NCBI GenBank assembly: GCA_016839365.1
Contig: JAEOUH010000070.1
Span: forward strand, 4,166-68,165
Source: Candidatus Hermodarchaeota archaeon
GTDB taxonomy: Archaea; Asgardarchaeota; Hermodarchaeia; Hermodarchaeales; Hermodarchaeaceae
Direction: 5' to 3'
DNA: 64,000 bases
Numbering within the stretch: position 1 is the first letter of the stretch; every line of letters begins with the position of its first letter. Below the pieces are notes generated by a model that worked only from the letters and a program-made list of their open reading frames with translations, did not search any database and was not told where the DNA came from. This document shows positions 54,496 to 63,454 of this stretch, piece after piece. A program made the translations under genes and the position numbers.

Positions 54496-55587
54496 ATGAC
54501 GCATCTTCATACCGACCTGTGTGATATGTTGGATATCCGTGTGCCTATTCTGCAAGGGGGTATGGGGCCTTACAAGACTGAGGACTTAGCCATCGCGGTT
54601 ACCAATGCGGGCGCCTTAGGAGTTATCAGTAGTATCGGGATGGCCGCCACCCTATTACCTGAAGCAGCTCCGGTGGATGCGAAACGATTGTTTGGCGATG
54701 ACCCACCTATGGTGTTATTGCAAAAATCCATAGAAGCTGTAGCCAAGGGGACCAAATCATCGAAGGGCGTTTTTGGTGTAAATGTTCCAGTCGCCGCAGA
54801 GTTTTTGGTAGCATCAAAGATGTTTGTCGAACAGGTAATTGAGACCAGGAATGCAGATTCAGATATTGAACGGCGACTACGGGTGTTAATCACCTCGGCA
54901 GGGAATCCGAAACCGTGGGCTGAAGTCAAAAACCATGGGCTCATCTGGGTTCATGTGGTTCCATCCGTCTATCATGCGAAGAAGGCTGAACGGGCAGGGG
55001 CTGATGTGATTGTGGCCTCGGGGCATGAAGGCGGGGCTCATGTCTCCTGGGATCCCGTCCATTCGATGGTGTTAGTCCCTGCAGTGGCCCAGGCGGTTAA
55101 AACCCCAGTAGTAGCTGCGGGAGGGTTTAGTGATGGTGCGTCCCTAGCTGCAGCTTTATGTTTAGGCGCGGTGGGGATACAAATGGGAACACGCTTTATT
55201 GCGACCCAAGAAAGTGATTTTGAATCAATCTGGAAAGACGCTATCATTAATCATGAGGAACGACAAACGCTTGTTGCACGTGGCTTATTTGGGCCGATGC
55301 GGTTCCTTCGAAACCACCGTGCTGAGATGCTTGTTAAGCAGACACTGGACGATGTTCCCCGGTTTTATCTTGGTGAACCAGTTGACTCGAATAACGCCAT
55401 ATTGAAACTAGAACAATCAGGATTTGTAGATCTCTTAGATCATAAATCCGATACTGCTTTGATGTTTGGTGGCGAGGTGACAGGTCGCATATCTGATCTG
55501 CCCACAACTGCTGAATTAATTGACACCATCGTTGAGGGTGCAATTAAGGTCTTGGCACAACTTCCTGGAAAGGTTCTCAAATCCTAG
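54496..55587 (+). CDS. nitronate monooxygenase / FabK-like FMN-dependent oxidoreductase (NMO family)
   Basis: IRVPILQGGMG, GVNV, VIVASGHEGGAH, PVVAAGGF.DG and GAVGIQMGTRF. The ATG at 54496 is chosen; the longer ORF overlaps the RidA gene. Confidence 0.85.
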   Translation: MTHLHTDLCDMLDIRVPILQGGMGPYKTEDLAIAVTNAGALGVISSIGMAATLLPEAAPVDAKRLFGDDPPMVLLQKSIEAVAKGTKSSKGVFGVNVPVAAEFLVASKMFVEQVIETRNADSDIERRLRVLITSAGNPKPWAEVKNHGLIWVHVVPSVYHAKKAERAGADVIVASGHEGGAHVSWDPVHSMVLVPAVAQAVKTPVVAAGGFSDGASLAAALCLGAVGIQMGTRFIATQESDFESIWKDAIINHEERQTLVARGLFGPMRFLRNHRAEMLVKQTLDDVPRFYLGEPVDSNNAILKLEQSGFVDLLDHKSDTALMFGGEVTGRISDLPTTAELIDTIVEGAIKVLAQLPGKVLKS

Positions 55588-55595
55588 CTTGGTAT

Positions 55596-56999
55596 TTAAT
55601 AGAATTGTTGGGTTCTGTGCCACCGTTTATGGGCTTCCGCTTTGTCTTTGGGAATAAAACGCCTGCAAACAGGACATCGAACATACCCTTGGGCAATCAT
55701 CTCTAAGGCACGAGCCCGACGACGTTCATCAGTGACTTTTCCAAAATATTCAGCGAGTGCGAAAAGAAGGAATGTTGCTGGAAGTAGGAGAATTGCCGGT
55801 ATCAAGACCGCTACCCCTGCCCGTAGGATCCGGTCAGAATTCGTTGGGACCGACAACACGGTTGTCTGTGGTGGATTGCTGATGAGAATCTCTGTTCCCA
55901 GACGGTTGAAATCAAAATTTTTTGCAATAACATTAGTAGGTGATTCCACTAAGTGCCAGAGAATGTTAGGCTCCCAACTTAACATATGCTTCAGGACAAC
56001 TAGTACTGGTTTGGTATTTTCATTTACGGTGCCAACACCCAGCACCTCATGTCCAGGGTTAAATGGGTCGATGTCCCCGATGAACACAGACTCAATTCCG
56101 ATTTGCAAATGTTCCTCCGACCAGATAGTCGTCGTTATCCATTCTCCCAATTGCCTGTAGAAGACTCGAATATCATGATCCCTTACGATGGCGATTTCAT
56201 TCCCTGCAGGTTGAAGCATGAAATCTCCCACTGCAATTGAACGTGTTACCCCTCCCCATTCAATGAGTTGGGTTATCGTCCAAGTTCCCTCATCGTATCT
56301 TAAATAGAAGGCTCCAGTATCTATTCCGCCTGCAATCAATTCATCGCCGCTGTTTGAGGTATCCACATTACCAGCTGCGCCAGTGAGTAAAATGGTTAGT
56401 TCAGTATGAACTTGGTCAATATTCCAAGTTGTACTATTGAATCTGCTAGCTACATAGATGTGACCCGTTGAAGTGGTAGTAGACACATTGTAATGTTGAC
56501 CAATAATGGCTATCTCCATGGCGTCTGATGTCGTGATGAATTGACCGGCAAACATATGGTTAGTTGTCCACACTGGATATCCATCGGGAAGGTTACCGAT
56601 TTCTTCTGAATGCCAGATGGCAGCTCCGCGGAAGTTCAAATGGAGTATTCCATCCTGTGTAAGGACTGCGATTTCGTCTCCTTTGTATTCATCATAATAA
56701 TCGCCAACGCTTAGGGCTATGAGTGGATTCGTTTCCCAGTCGGGGTTCTGAAAGACCGTCTCTTGCCATGGGGACGCAGTTAACCCACCAACTATAATGA
56801 CACGCGATGGAGTTAAGTAGACTAATTCAAGGCCGGGTTTTGAAACGTCAAGGTCACCAAGTGCAATTTGCGTTGCATTATCAGTGGGATATGTACTTGT
56901 TACATATCGATCTCTTAGGCCAATCCAATTAACAACGAGGAGGATGATAATAAGCACCAGCCAAACCGTATATAACTGGGATTTTCGAAATCGTACCAC
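55596..56999 (-). CDS. type-I-like membrane protein with FG-GAP/VCBS-like beta-propeller ectodomain and cytosolic zinc-finger tail
   Basis: N-terminal TM. Repeated GD.(D/N)....G.E(I/L).(V/A/G) units (ALGDLDVSKPGLELVYL, SVGDYYDEYKGDEIAVL, AAGNVDTSNSGDELIAGG, AVGDFMLQPAGNEIAIV, FIGDIDPFNPGHEVLGVG). C-terminal TM, then CPVCRRFIPKDKAEAHKRWH. Confidence 0.55.
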   Translation of the reverse strand: MVRFRKSQLYTVWLVLIIILLVVNWIGLRDRYVTSTYPTDNATQIALGDLDVSKPGLELVYLTPSRVIIVGGLTASPWQETVFQNPDWETNPLIALSVGDYYDEYKGDEIAVLTQDGILHLNFRGAAIWHSEEIGNLPDGYPVWTTNHMFAGQFITTSDAMEIAIIGQHYNVSTTTSTGHIYVASRFNSTTWNIDQVHTELTILLTGAAGNVDTSNSGDELIAGGIDTGAFYLRYDEGTWTITQLIEWGGVTRSIAVGDFMLQPAGNEIAIVRDHDIRVFYRQLGEWITTTIWSEEHLQIGIESVFIGDIDPFNPGHEVLGVGTVNENTKPVLVVLKHMLSWEPNILWHLVESPTNVIAKNFDFNRLGTEILISNPPQTTVLSVPTNSDRILRAGVAVLIPAILLLPATFLLFALAEYFGKVTDERRRARALEMIAQGYVRCPVCRRFIPKDKAEAHKRWHRTQQFY

Positions 57000-57138
57000 T
57001 CAAAATCACCCTCAACCAGTAAGATACTCCTACAAACTCCAACCTTAAATACTCTTTATACTTTGCCCGGAGCAGGGAATGTGTAAATTGCCTTCACCGT
57101 TGACTTAATACGGAGATAAAACTCTGCCGTCAAAAAAG

Positions 57139-57669
57139 GTGTTGACTGATTTGGTCCGTCGGACACGTAGCCTAATCTTCCTTTCAATAATCCTAGCATC
57201 GAGTGTCCTTTTGGGTCTATCCGCCTTTTATCAAGCTGATACTTATCAATCTCTTAGTTTTTCCTTTGAAATAACCGCAATTAATGTGATCAGTAATGCG
57301 ACTAGCGGCAGGTATGTAAGAGTGCAGATTGTTGGTCGAATCCAAAATCCTGGACTAACTCTCTCCGTGGACCTCATTCACACCGATACGCGTATCTTTC
57401 TCAATGGCGAACAGCTCTACTATGGATTCGGATTCAAAGGCAGCCGTATAATAATTATCCCTGGTGAAATTCGTAATTTTTCTTGGAATTACTCCCTAAC
57501 TGATTCTGATCAACCTCTGTTCCTAGCCGCAGAATCCAGTGGGAACTGGAATTGGGTTCTTCTGTTAGAACCACTTGTACAAACGCCATTTCTTGCTGAA
57601 ACGAATAACGGCCGCTTAGAATTATCTCGCATCGTGGTCTATTTCGGAGCCAACATGCTCCCTCGATGA
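57139..57669 (+). CDS. N-terminally anchored hypothetical protein
   Basis: 176 aa. TM (LIFLSIILASSVLLGLSAF) followed by a beta-rich domain. No motif recognised. Confidence 0.4.
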   Translation: MLTDLVRRTRSLIFLSIILASSVLLGLSAFYQADTYQSLSFSFEITAINVISNATSGRYVRVQIVGRIQNPGLTLSVDLIHTDTRIFLNGEQLYYGFGFKGSRIIIIPGEIRNFSWNYSLTDSDQPLFLAAESSGNWNWVLLLEPLVQTPFLAETNNGRLELSRIVVYFGANMLPR

Positions 57670-57799
57670 AACGAAATTAGATCGTCACCTGCATTCCATT
57701 TACTTTTAAAATCTAACCATCGGTTCTGGTGCAAGACTATCAACTTTAATACCCACAAAGTTACTCACACACCAACTCCTAATTAAAGGGCATGAACCG

Positions 57800-58327
57800 A
57801 TGGCACAAGACATTCGACCCCGCGTTAGATGGCGACATATCCTGACAATTGCAGGAATCATGTGTTTGGGATTCATTGGTATCGATTGGCTTCATTTCTT
57901 CCTCTTTGGAACCAAATTCACTTATCTTATCAACCCCCTTTCTCCCACCGCAGCCATAGACTTCTTCTTCTATCTCTTTGTCTTTGCTGGCATGGCCTTT
58001 TTCATCGGGTTCTTCGTCACCTTCGAAACGAAGGAGGTTGTAATTGCAGGATTCTTAGGTCCTTTCCTATTTCTTTTTTTCAACTATTTCATCATATTGG
58101 GAATACTTTTCATCAATCCAGCTTATGCCACTACCTTGATCCCTGGTTGGCAATGGATTTGGGGAATGGATCCCAACTGGGTCGCCGTATTCAACGAAGT
58201 CCTTGTAAGTTTCACCCTATTTTATCTACAAAGTCTCTTCTTGTTCCTAGTTATGGCTACCCCCTTCATTCTTGTCCTAAGCTTTACTGGAAATGCTTTT
58301 CGGCAAATGATGGGATGGAGTATTTAG
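57800..58327 (+). CDS. integral membrane protein, hypothetical
   Basis: 175 aa, 5 hydrophobic helices. Preferred over the overlapping 57829..58359 frame, which is Arg/His/Ser-rich and not hydrophobic. Confidence 0.45.
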   Translation: MAQDIRPRVRWRHILTIAGIMCLGFIGIDWLHFFLFGTKFTYLINPLSPTAAIDFFFYLFVFAGMAFFIGFFVTFETKEVVIAGFLGPFLFLFFNYFIILGILFINPAYATTLIPGWQWIWGMDPNWVAVFNEVLVSFTLFYLQSLFLFLVMATPFILVLSFTGNAFRQMMGWSI

Positions 58328-58408
58328 CAGACTTTTCCAAGAAAGAAACAGAGAAATAGCACCACCGTTAACCCACCAAGCACCCATGCATATCCTAGGT
58401 GTGATGCC

Positions 58409-58990
58409 TTGCTAACTGGAGAGCACATAATCCTTCGAGGATTAGAACTAGCGGATGTTGATGAGATACTCAAACACTGGAACGATGTTGAACTGCGACG
58501 TTTTCTCGGCCTAACAATGCCTGTATCAAAAGAAGAGGAGGAACAATGGATACGTAACACTTGGGACCAGCGTCGACAGGGCAACGAACATGTCTTCGGT
58601 ATTGAGACCAAGCAACCAAAACACCTCATAGGTTCGTGCAGCCTGTTTAAACTTTCATGGGTTAACCGGTCAGCTGAACTGGGGATAGCAATTTGGAATA
58701 AACAATACTGGGCTAAAGGTCATGGCCAAGAGGCAATCAATCTGCTGCTCGGTTATGGATTCAATTTCCTCAACCTCCACAGCATCTTCCTCCTCGTCAA
58801 TGAGGATAATCCCCGCGCCATCCGAGCCTACGAGAAAGTGGGATTCCAACACGTGGCACGTCATCGCAAGGCCCTTTTTCAAGAGGGAAAATACAAGGAC
58901 GTGCTAATCATGGATATCCTCGATGAGGAATTTCGCAACCGTCATCCTCCACATTATCCGCTCATCCAGGAGGGAACAAAGAATGTTTGA
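58409..58990 (+). CDS. GNAT family N-acetyltransferase (RimJ/RimL-like)
   Basis: WAKGHGQEAINLLLGYGFNFLNLHSIFLLVNEDNPRAIRAYEKVGF is the acetyl-CoA-binding core. Confidence 0.85.
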   Translation: MLTGEHIILRGLELADVDEILKHWNDVELRRFLGLTMPVSKEEEEQWIRNTWDQRRQGNEHVFGIETKQPKHLIGSCSLFKLSWVNRSAELGIAIWNKQYWAKGHGQEAINLLLGYGFNFLNLHSIFLLVNEDNPRAIRAYEKVGFQHVARHRKALFQEGKYKDVLIMDILDEEFRNRHPPHYPLIQEGTKNV

Positions 58991-59519
58991 GGGTAAACAG
59001 GTTCTGCTACGCAGCCTTGAGCTAACCGATGCAGAGACGATAAACCTGCAATTCAATTGGTTAGAAGTTCGACGGTTCTTAGATATGCCCTATCCATCAT
59101 CACTCGAAGATACAAAACAATGGATTAAGAAAACATGGGAGGCAAGGAAAAACCACAAACACTATTTCTTCGCAATTGAGCACACTAAACTGCAACAATT
59201 ACTCGGTGTCTGTGGACTGATGGATATCAGTAAAATCAATCACAAAGCTGAGCTCATGATTGTGATTTACGAAGATCGGAACTACGACAAAGGATATGGA
59301 ACTGAAGCCCTACGGCTTCTTCTGAATTTTGGCTTCAAGCAACTTAACCTTCATCGAATCGTATTATTCACACACGACATTAATATGCGTGCACAGCGAG
59401 TCTATGAAAAAATAGGGTTTAAGCCCGGCGGGCGCCGCCGCCAGGCCTCATTCTTTGAAGGGGCATACCACGATCTTCTACTTTATGATCTGCTTGCATC
59501 CGAGTTTCTTGATGTTTAA
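58983..59519 (+). CDS. GNAT family N-acetyltransferase (RimJ/RimL-like), tandem paralog
   Basis: YDKGYGTEALRLLLNFGFKQLNLHRIVLFTHDINMRAQRVYEKIGF. The ATG at 58983 overlaps the upstream stop. Confidence 0.85.
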   Translation: MFEGKQVLLRSLELTDAETINLQFNWLEVRRFLDMPYPSSLEDTKQWIKKTWEARKNHKHYFFAIEHTKLQQLLGVCGLMDISKINHKAELMIVIYEDRNYDKGYGTEALRLLLNFGFKQLNLHRIVLFTHDINMRAQRVYEKIGFKPGGRRRQASFFEGAYHDLLLYDLLASEFLDV

Positions 59520-60301
59520 GCCTCCGCTCGGGAAAACAAGTAAGTTCCAATGGCAATCATTAGAAGTGAAAATCCACCTAGGACTGCCAGCGCAATGAGG
59601 GGGCCCAACGGACCTAATATAGGAGTAATGTATCCAACAAGGCAAAAGCGAAGGAGTTCTACTCCGTAGAAAAGAGGATCCGCGAGCATCGCTATTTGCA
59701 GAGGCAAGGGTGCTGTGTCAATTGGGAAGAAAACACCACTTAACATAAAAAGTGGCCAGATGATAAACGTTGAAATCAACTGGAAGGCATGAAAATCTGT
59801 AAGAGCTGAACCAATTGCTACTCCGAGTCCGACAAATCCAGCAGTGATTAATAGCATGACACCAATTCCTGCAAAAATCCCAAGGGCGAATCGGAAATCA
59901 AGTACAAAAGCGCCTAAGATGGTCGAGACCCCTAGGATTAATAGACCCTGAATTGCTGCAGTGATTGCCCCTCCAAAGATTTTACCTGTTATAATGCTGG
60001 TTCGACTTACAGGGGCAACTAGCATCTCTTTAAAGAAGCCAAATTGTCGATCGAAGATAACTGAAATTCCAGAAAACACTGAAGCAAACAGCAATGACAT
60101 TGCGATGATTCCCGGTGCAATAAATGTGAGGTAACTACCTCCTAGTGTTCCTCCGAATAATCCTCCAATTCCGAATCCGAGAATAAGAAGGAAAAAGAAG
60201 CTTTGAGCAATCGAAGCGATGATTCGGGCTTTTGCTCGCCAGAACCGTTTTAACTCTCGAAGTAAGACCACATAAATGGCTTGACCAGATATTGGCTGCA
60301 T
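59516..60301 (-). CDS. ABC-2 type transporter permease
   Basis: 261 aa, 6 TM. Opening block REL.RFWR.K.R and position downstream of the ATPase. Confidence 0.8.
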   Translation of the reverse strand: MQPISGQAIYVVLLRELKRFWRAKARIIASIAQSFFFLLILGFGIGGLFGGTLGGSYLTFIAPGIIAMSLLFASVFSGISVIFDRQFGFFKEMLVAPVSRTSIITGKIFGGAITAAIQGLLILGVSTILGAFVLDFRFALGIFAGIGVMLLITAGFVGLGVAIGSALTDFHAFQLISTFIIWPLFMLSGVFFPIDTAPLPLQIAMLADPLFYGVELLRFCLVGYITPILGPLGPLIALAVLGGFSLLMIAIGTYLFSRAEA

Positions 60302-60318
60302 TTTTCATATCACCTCGT

Positions 60319-61548
60319 CTAATGAGGAGTCCTGCCTCCTCGGGCTTGTCGTATCATTCGATGCTGACGAAACATTTGCATCATACTACCAGATTCATCA
60401 CGGATACTACGACCAGTTACGGAAAGAAAAACATCATCTAACGTCGGTTTATGCATTTGCACTGAATCAAGTTCTACACCCGCTTCATCGACGATTTTTA
60501 CAAGTCCTGGAATCCTCCTACTCGCATTATCGACGAGTAAGTTAATCTGATGGAAATTCCTTAGCGGCCCAGCTTGTTGATGTAACTTGTTCATAGCTTC
60601 AGCAATCTTATCTGGATCTTTTGGCATTTGAGCTGTCATACCAGAAGGGCCACCTACATTACCCATTCCGCCCATCATACCCATGCCACTGCCACCTGCC
60701 ATACGCTGCATTAGAACACTCATTTGACTCATGCCAACTTGGTTACCACTCCCGCTAACAGGGATTGCACTCCGTACCCACTCTAAGGCGTTCAACTTGG
60801 ATAGCATTTGTTGGGCATCTTTAGCCTCCTTGAAGGTTAGACCGATTACGTCCCCCTGCAAAGTGGCTTTCAAATTCTCTGGTGTATCATTTGCCACGAT
60901 TTTTCCGAAATCTATGATTTGAATTCGGTTGCACAAATGGTCGGCTTCCTCGGTGTAATGTGTTGTCAAAATGATGGTTACATTTTGTTCCTGATTGAGT
61001 TTGGCGATGTAATCCCAGATGGCGCGTCGGGTTTGGGGATCCAACCCGAGCGTGGGTTCATCAAGAAACAGAACCTTTGGGTAATGCAATAATCCACGGG
61101 CAATTTCAAGCCGACGTTTCATGCCGCCACTGTAGGTCTTTACATAATTGTCTGCACGGTCAGTTAGTTGGACGACTTCAAGAATCTCTTTTATCCGCTC
61201 TTCTCGTTCTTTCTTTGTCAGCCCGTATAATCGCCCATGAAAATCTAGATTCTCACGTCCTGTGAGTTCGGTATCTAAAGTTGGGTCTTGGAAGACGAAT
61301 CCGATGCTCCGTCGAACGGCATCAGGATTTTCATGAATATCAAATCCGTTCACCACTGCTGTACCACTTGTTGGTCTAAGAATGGTGGCAAGCATATTCA
61401 AGGTGGTGGTTTTCCCTGCTCCGTTAGGTCCAAGAAACCCAAAGATTTCTCCTTCTTCTACAGTGAATGAGATGTTGTCGACAGCTGTGACATCACCGTT
61501 AAAGGTTTTAGTGAGTTCTTTCACTTCAATAATGCTGATTGTATTCAC
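60319..61548 (-). CDS. ABC transporter ATP-binding protein (ABC-2/DrrA-like) with Met/Gly-rich insert in the C-terminal domain
   Basis: Walker A GPNGAGKTT, signature YSGGMKRRL, Walker B LFLDEPTLGLD, H-loop TTHY. Insert GMSQMSVLMQRMAGGSGMGMMGGMGNVGGPSGMTAQM. Confidence 0.9.
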   Translation of the reverse strand: MNTISIIEVKELTKTFNGDVTAVDNISFTVEEGEIFGFLGPNGAGKTTTLNMLATILRPTSGTAVVNGFDIHENPDAVRRSIGFVFQDPTLDTELTGRENLDFHGRLYGLTKKEREERIKEILEVVQLTDRADNYVKTYSGGMKRRLEIARGLLHYPKVLFLDEPTLGLDPQTRRAIWDYIAKLNQEQNVTIILTTHYTEEADHLCNRIQIIDFGKIVANDTPENLKATLQGDVIGLTFKEAKDAQQMLSKLNALEWVRSAIPVSGSGNQVGMSQMSVLMQRMAGGSGMGMMGGMGNVGGPSGMTAQMPKDPDKIAEAMNKLHQQAGPLRNFHQINLLVDNASRRIPGLVKIVDEAGVELDSVQMHKPTLDDVFLSVTGRSIRDESGSMMQMFRQHRMIRQARGGRTPH

Positions 61549-61556
61549 GTCTCCAA

Positions 61557-62183
61557 TTATGATTCAGGTGTTCCAGTAGTATTCTTGAGATTACGAATCT
61601 CCTTTTTGACATTTTGAATGGCCTTTTCGATATTCCTTGCATGATTTTCGAGTTGCTGTAGACGACATTGTAAAACTTCAATAGATGGCTGTTCTTGGAA
61701 CTCTAAATCCGAAGCAACCTCTTTCGGAATTAACGATACTTCGTCCAGAATTAAATCGAAATGCTCTAATCGCCGCAAAGCCTTATCCACATCAAACGCT
61801 GGGGCTCCTGCAAACTGGGGACCACCGTGTTTGATGAGGATTTTTCGCATCATGGCTACGAACCTTGCATGTTCTAAAGCATCGTGTTCAAGGTGCTGTT
61901 TTCCCTTTGTTCCTAAACGATAGATAATGCGACGACGTCCTTCCTGTTCCACTTCTTTTTTCATAATCCATCCCCGCTCATATAGATCATGTAAAATGGG
62001 GTAAATGGTTCCAGGAGAGGGGCGCCACCCTTCACTTGCTTCAGCTAGTGTATCCAGGATATCGTAACCGTACCGGGGTTGTTCGGCGAGTAATGCTAGG
62101 ATTATTGCCCGCATGTAACCTTTACCAAGGGATTTAACAGTGCTAACAGGACCTGTAGGCTGTTGGGTGGTTTTAGGGTGCAA
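61557..62183 (-). CDS. PadR family transcriptional regulator with C-terminal coiled-coil extension
   Basis: ILALLAEQPRYGYDILDTL....W.PSPGTIYPILHDLYERGWI is the PadR wHTH pattern. Confidence 0.8.
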   Translation of the reverse strand: MHPKTTQQPTGPVSTVKSLGKGYMRAIILALLAEQPRYGYDILDTLAEASEGWRPSPGTIYPILHDLYERGWIMKKEVEQEGRRRIIYRLGTKGKQHLEHDALEHARFVAMMRKILIKHGGPQFAGAPAFDVDKALRRLEHFDLILDEVSLIPKEVASDLEFQEQPSIEVLQCRLQQLENHARNIEKAIQNVKKEIRNLKNTTGTPES

Positions 62184-62218
62184 GGAAATAACAACTCGAT
62201 TTATGTCGTTAAAGGAAA

Positions 62219-62256
62219 TATCGGCATTCGATACTATCGGTTACCGATATAAACTT
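62219..62256 (-). promoter_or_regulatory. promoter/operator of the PadR-ABC operon: TATA box plus two adjacent TATCG-N5-CGATA inverted repeats
   Basis: IR1 at 62219-62233 (TATCGgcattCGATA), IR2 at 62235-62249 (TATCGgttacCGATA). On the minus strand TTTATAT (62255-62249) precedes and overlaps IR2. Lies 36-73 nt upstream of the PadR ATG. Confidence 0.55.
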
Positions 62257-62300
62257 TTCGGACTACGTAATAACGATCCTTAATAAAAGACACGAAAGGA

Positions 62301-63293
62301 TTACAATGGGCACTCAGTAGGACCAGGTTCATTAAGCAATTGCTCGATATGCTGTCGATTCTCTTGCAGCGTTAAGAACCCTTGTAACCGGGTGATTACT
62401 TGTTCGTGTGAAGGAAAATTGGTTGGTCCGGGGGTTTCGAGATTATAAGAGGCTGCCGCTGAGGCAAAGAAAGCTGACCATAGAGGACGTTGAGTGCGTT
62501 GGAATTCAACAAGGTAACTAATGGAAAAGACGTCCCCGCTTCCCGTATGGTCCACAATATGTTGGGGTTCAATGGCTGGGATTTTGTAAAAGGTTTCTTC
62601 ATAGGAGAGATAGGCTCCCTTATACCCGCGAGTAATCAGAAGTAAGGGGACACCCATTTCATGAACGCGCTGGGCAGCAGTTTGTGTATCATTTTGCTTA
62701 GTAAGTTGACGGAGTTCTTGAGAATCAGCTTTGAGGACATCGATATGTGATGCGAGTCCAGAGAACTCTTCCCACTCACAGTTGATTATTTGTGTGTCCT
62801 CTTTCTTTCGTGTACGTACAAAACCTTGGGCATCGACCGAGACTTGAATTCCTTGAGTTTTTACCTTTGGAATAATCAAGGAGTCAACTTCACCAATCAC
62901 CGGGCTAAAATGCATCCATAAGGTGTTCCAGTAGGAGTCAGGGATGTCATTAAGAGTTAAAGGATCTGAAACCGTATCTACTTGTTGAGTTCGCTCACCC
63001 AGTTCATTGTATGTATTAGTAAAGTGCGTAGTGTGTTTGTTCTGTGATAAACCATCTAAGTCTAATCCTGAAGAAACTAGCCGGTTATAATATGCAGTGG
63101 GAAAGTCTCGTCCGATGCGAGATACAATTCCGACTTTTTTGAGCCCTAGGGCTGGTCCAACCATAGCATATGCAGGGGGGCCACCCATCTCGATATTTTC
63201 TTCATCACCAAACTTGCGTAGATCAATGGTGAGATGACCCACAATGACAAGATTAAATTGCTTGGCTGGCATCATTGAAGTCCTGTTCTTCAA
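62301..63293 (-). CDS. PfkB family carbohydrate/nucleoside kinase
   Basis: VVGHLTIDL start block, central GG dipeptide region, C-terminal DHTGSGDVF anion-hole motif. Confidence 0.8.
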   Translation of the reverse strand: MKNRTSMMPAKQFNLVIVGHLTIDLRKFGDEENIEMGGPPAYAMVGPALGLKKVGIVSRIGRDFPTAYYNRLVSSGLDLDGLSQNKHTTHFTNTYNELGERTQQVDTVSDPLTLNDIPDSYWNTLWMHFSPVIGEVDSLIIPKVKTQGIQVSVDAQGFVRTRKKEDTQIINCEWEEFSGLASHIDVLKADSQELRQLTKQNDTQTAAQRVHEMGVPLLLITRGYKGAYLSYEETFYKIPAIEPQHIVDHTGSGDVFSISYLVEFQRTQRPLWSAFFASAAASYNLETPGPTNFPSHEQVITRLQGFLTLQENRQHIEQLLNEPGPTECPL

Positions 63294-63454
63294 CTGGTTT
63301 TATTCTTAATTATCTTTCATGTTTCGATAAATTTGTTAGAATTTACTTAACGGGGCATTTCACAAAATCTATTTAAATTTCGTTTCCAAGCCTAGAAGAA
63401 GCGGCTTTACAGCGGGGAGTGAAAACGCTAACTCCTCACAAGTCGGTGAAAGAT

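Noticed and set aside
57829-58359. Alternative-frame 176-aa ORF overlapping 57800..58327
   Set aside because: Its translation is rich in Arg, His, Ser and Cys and looks non-protein-like. The other frame gives a coherent five-helix membrane protein.
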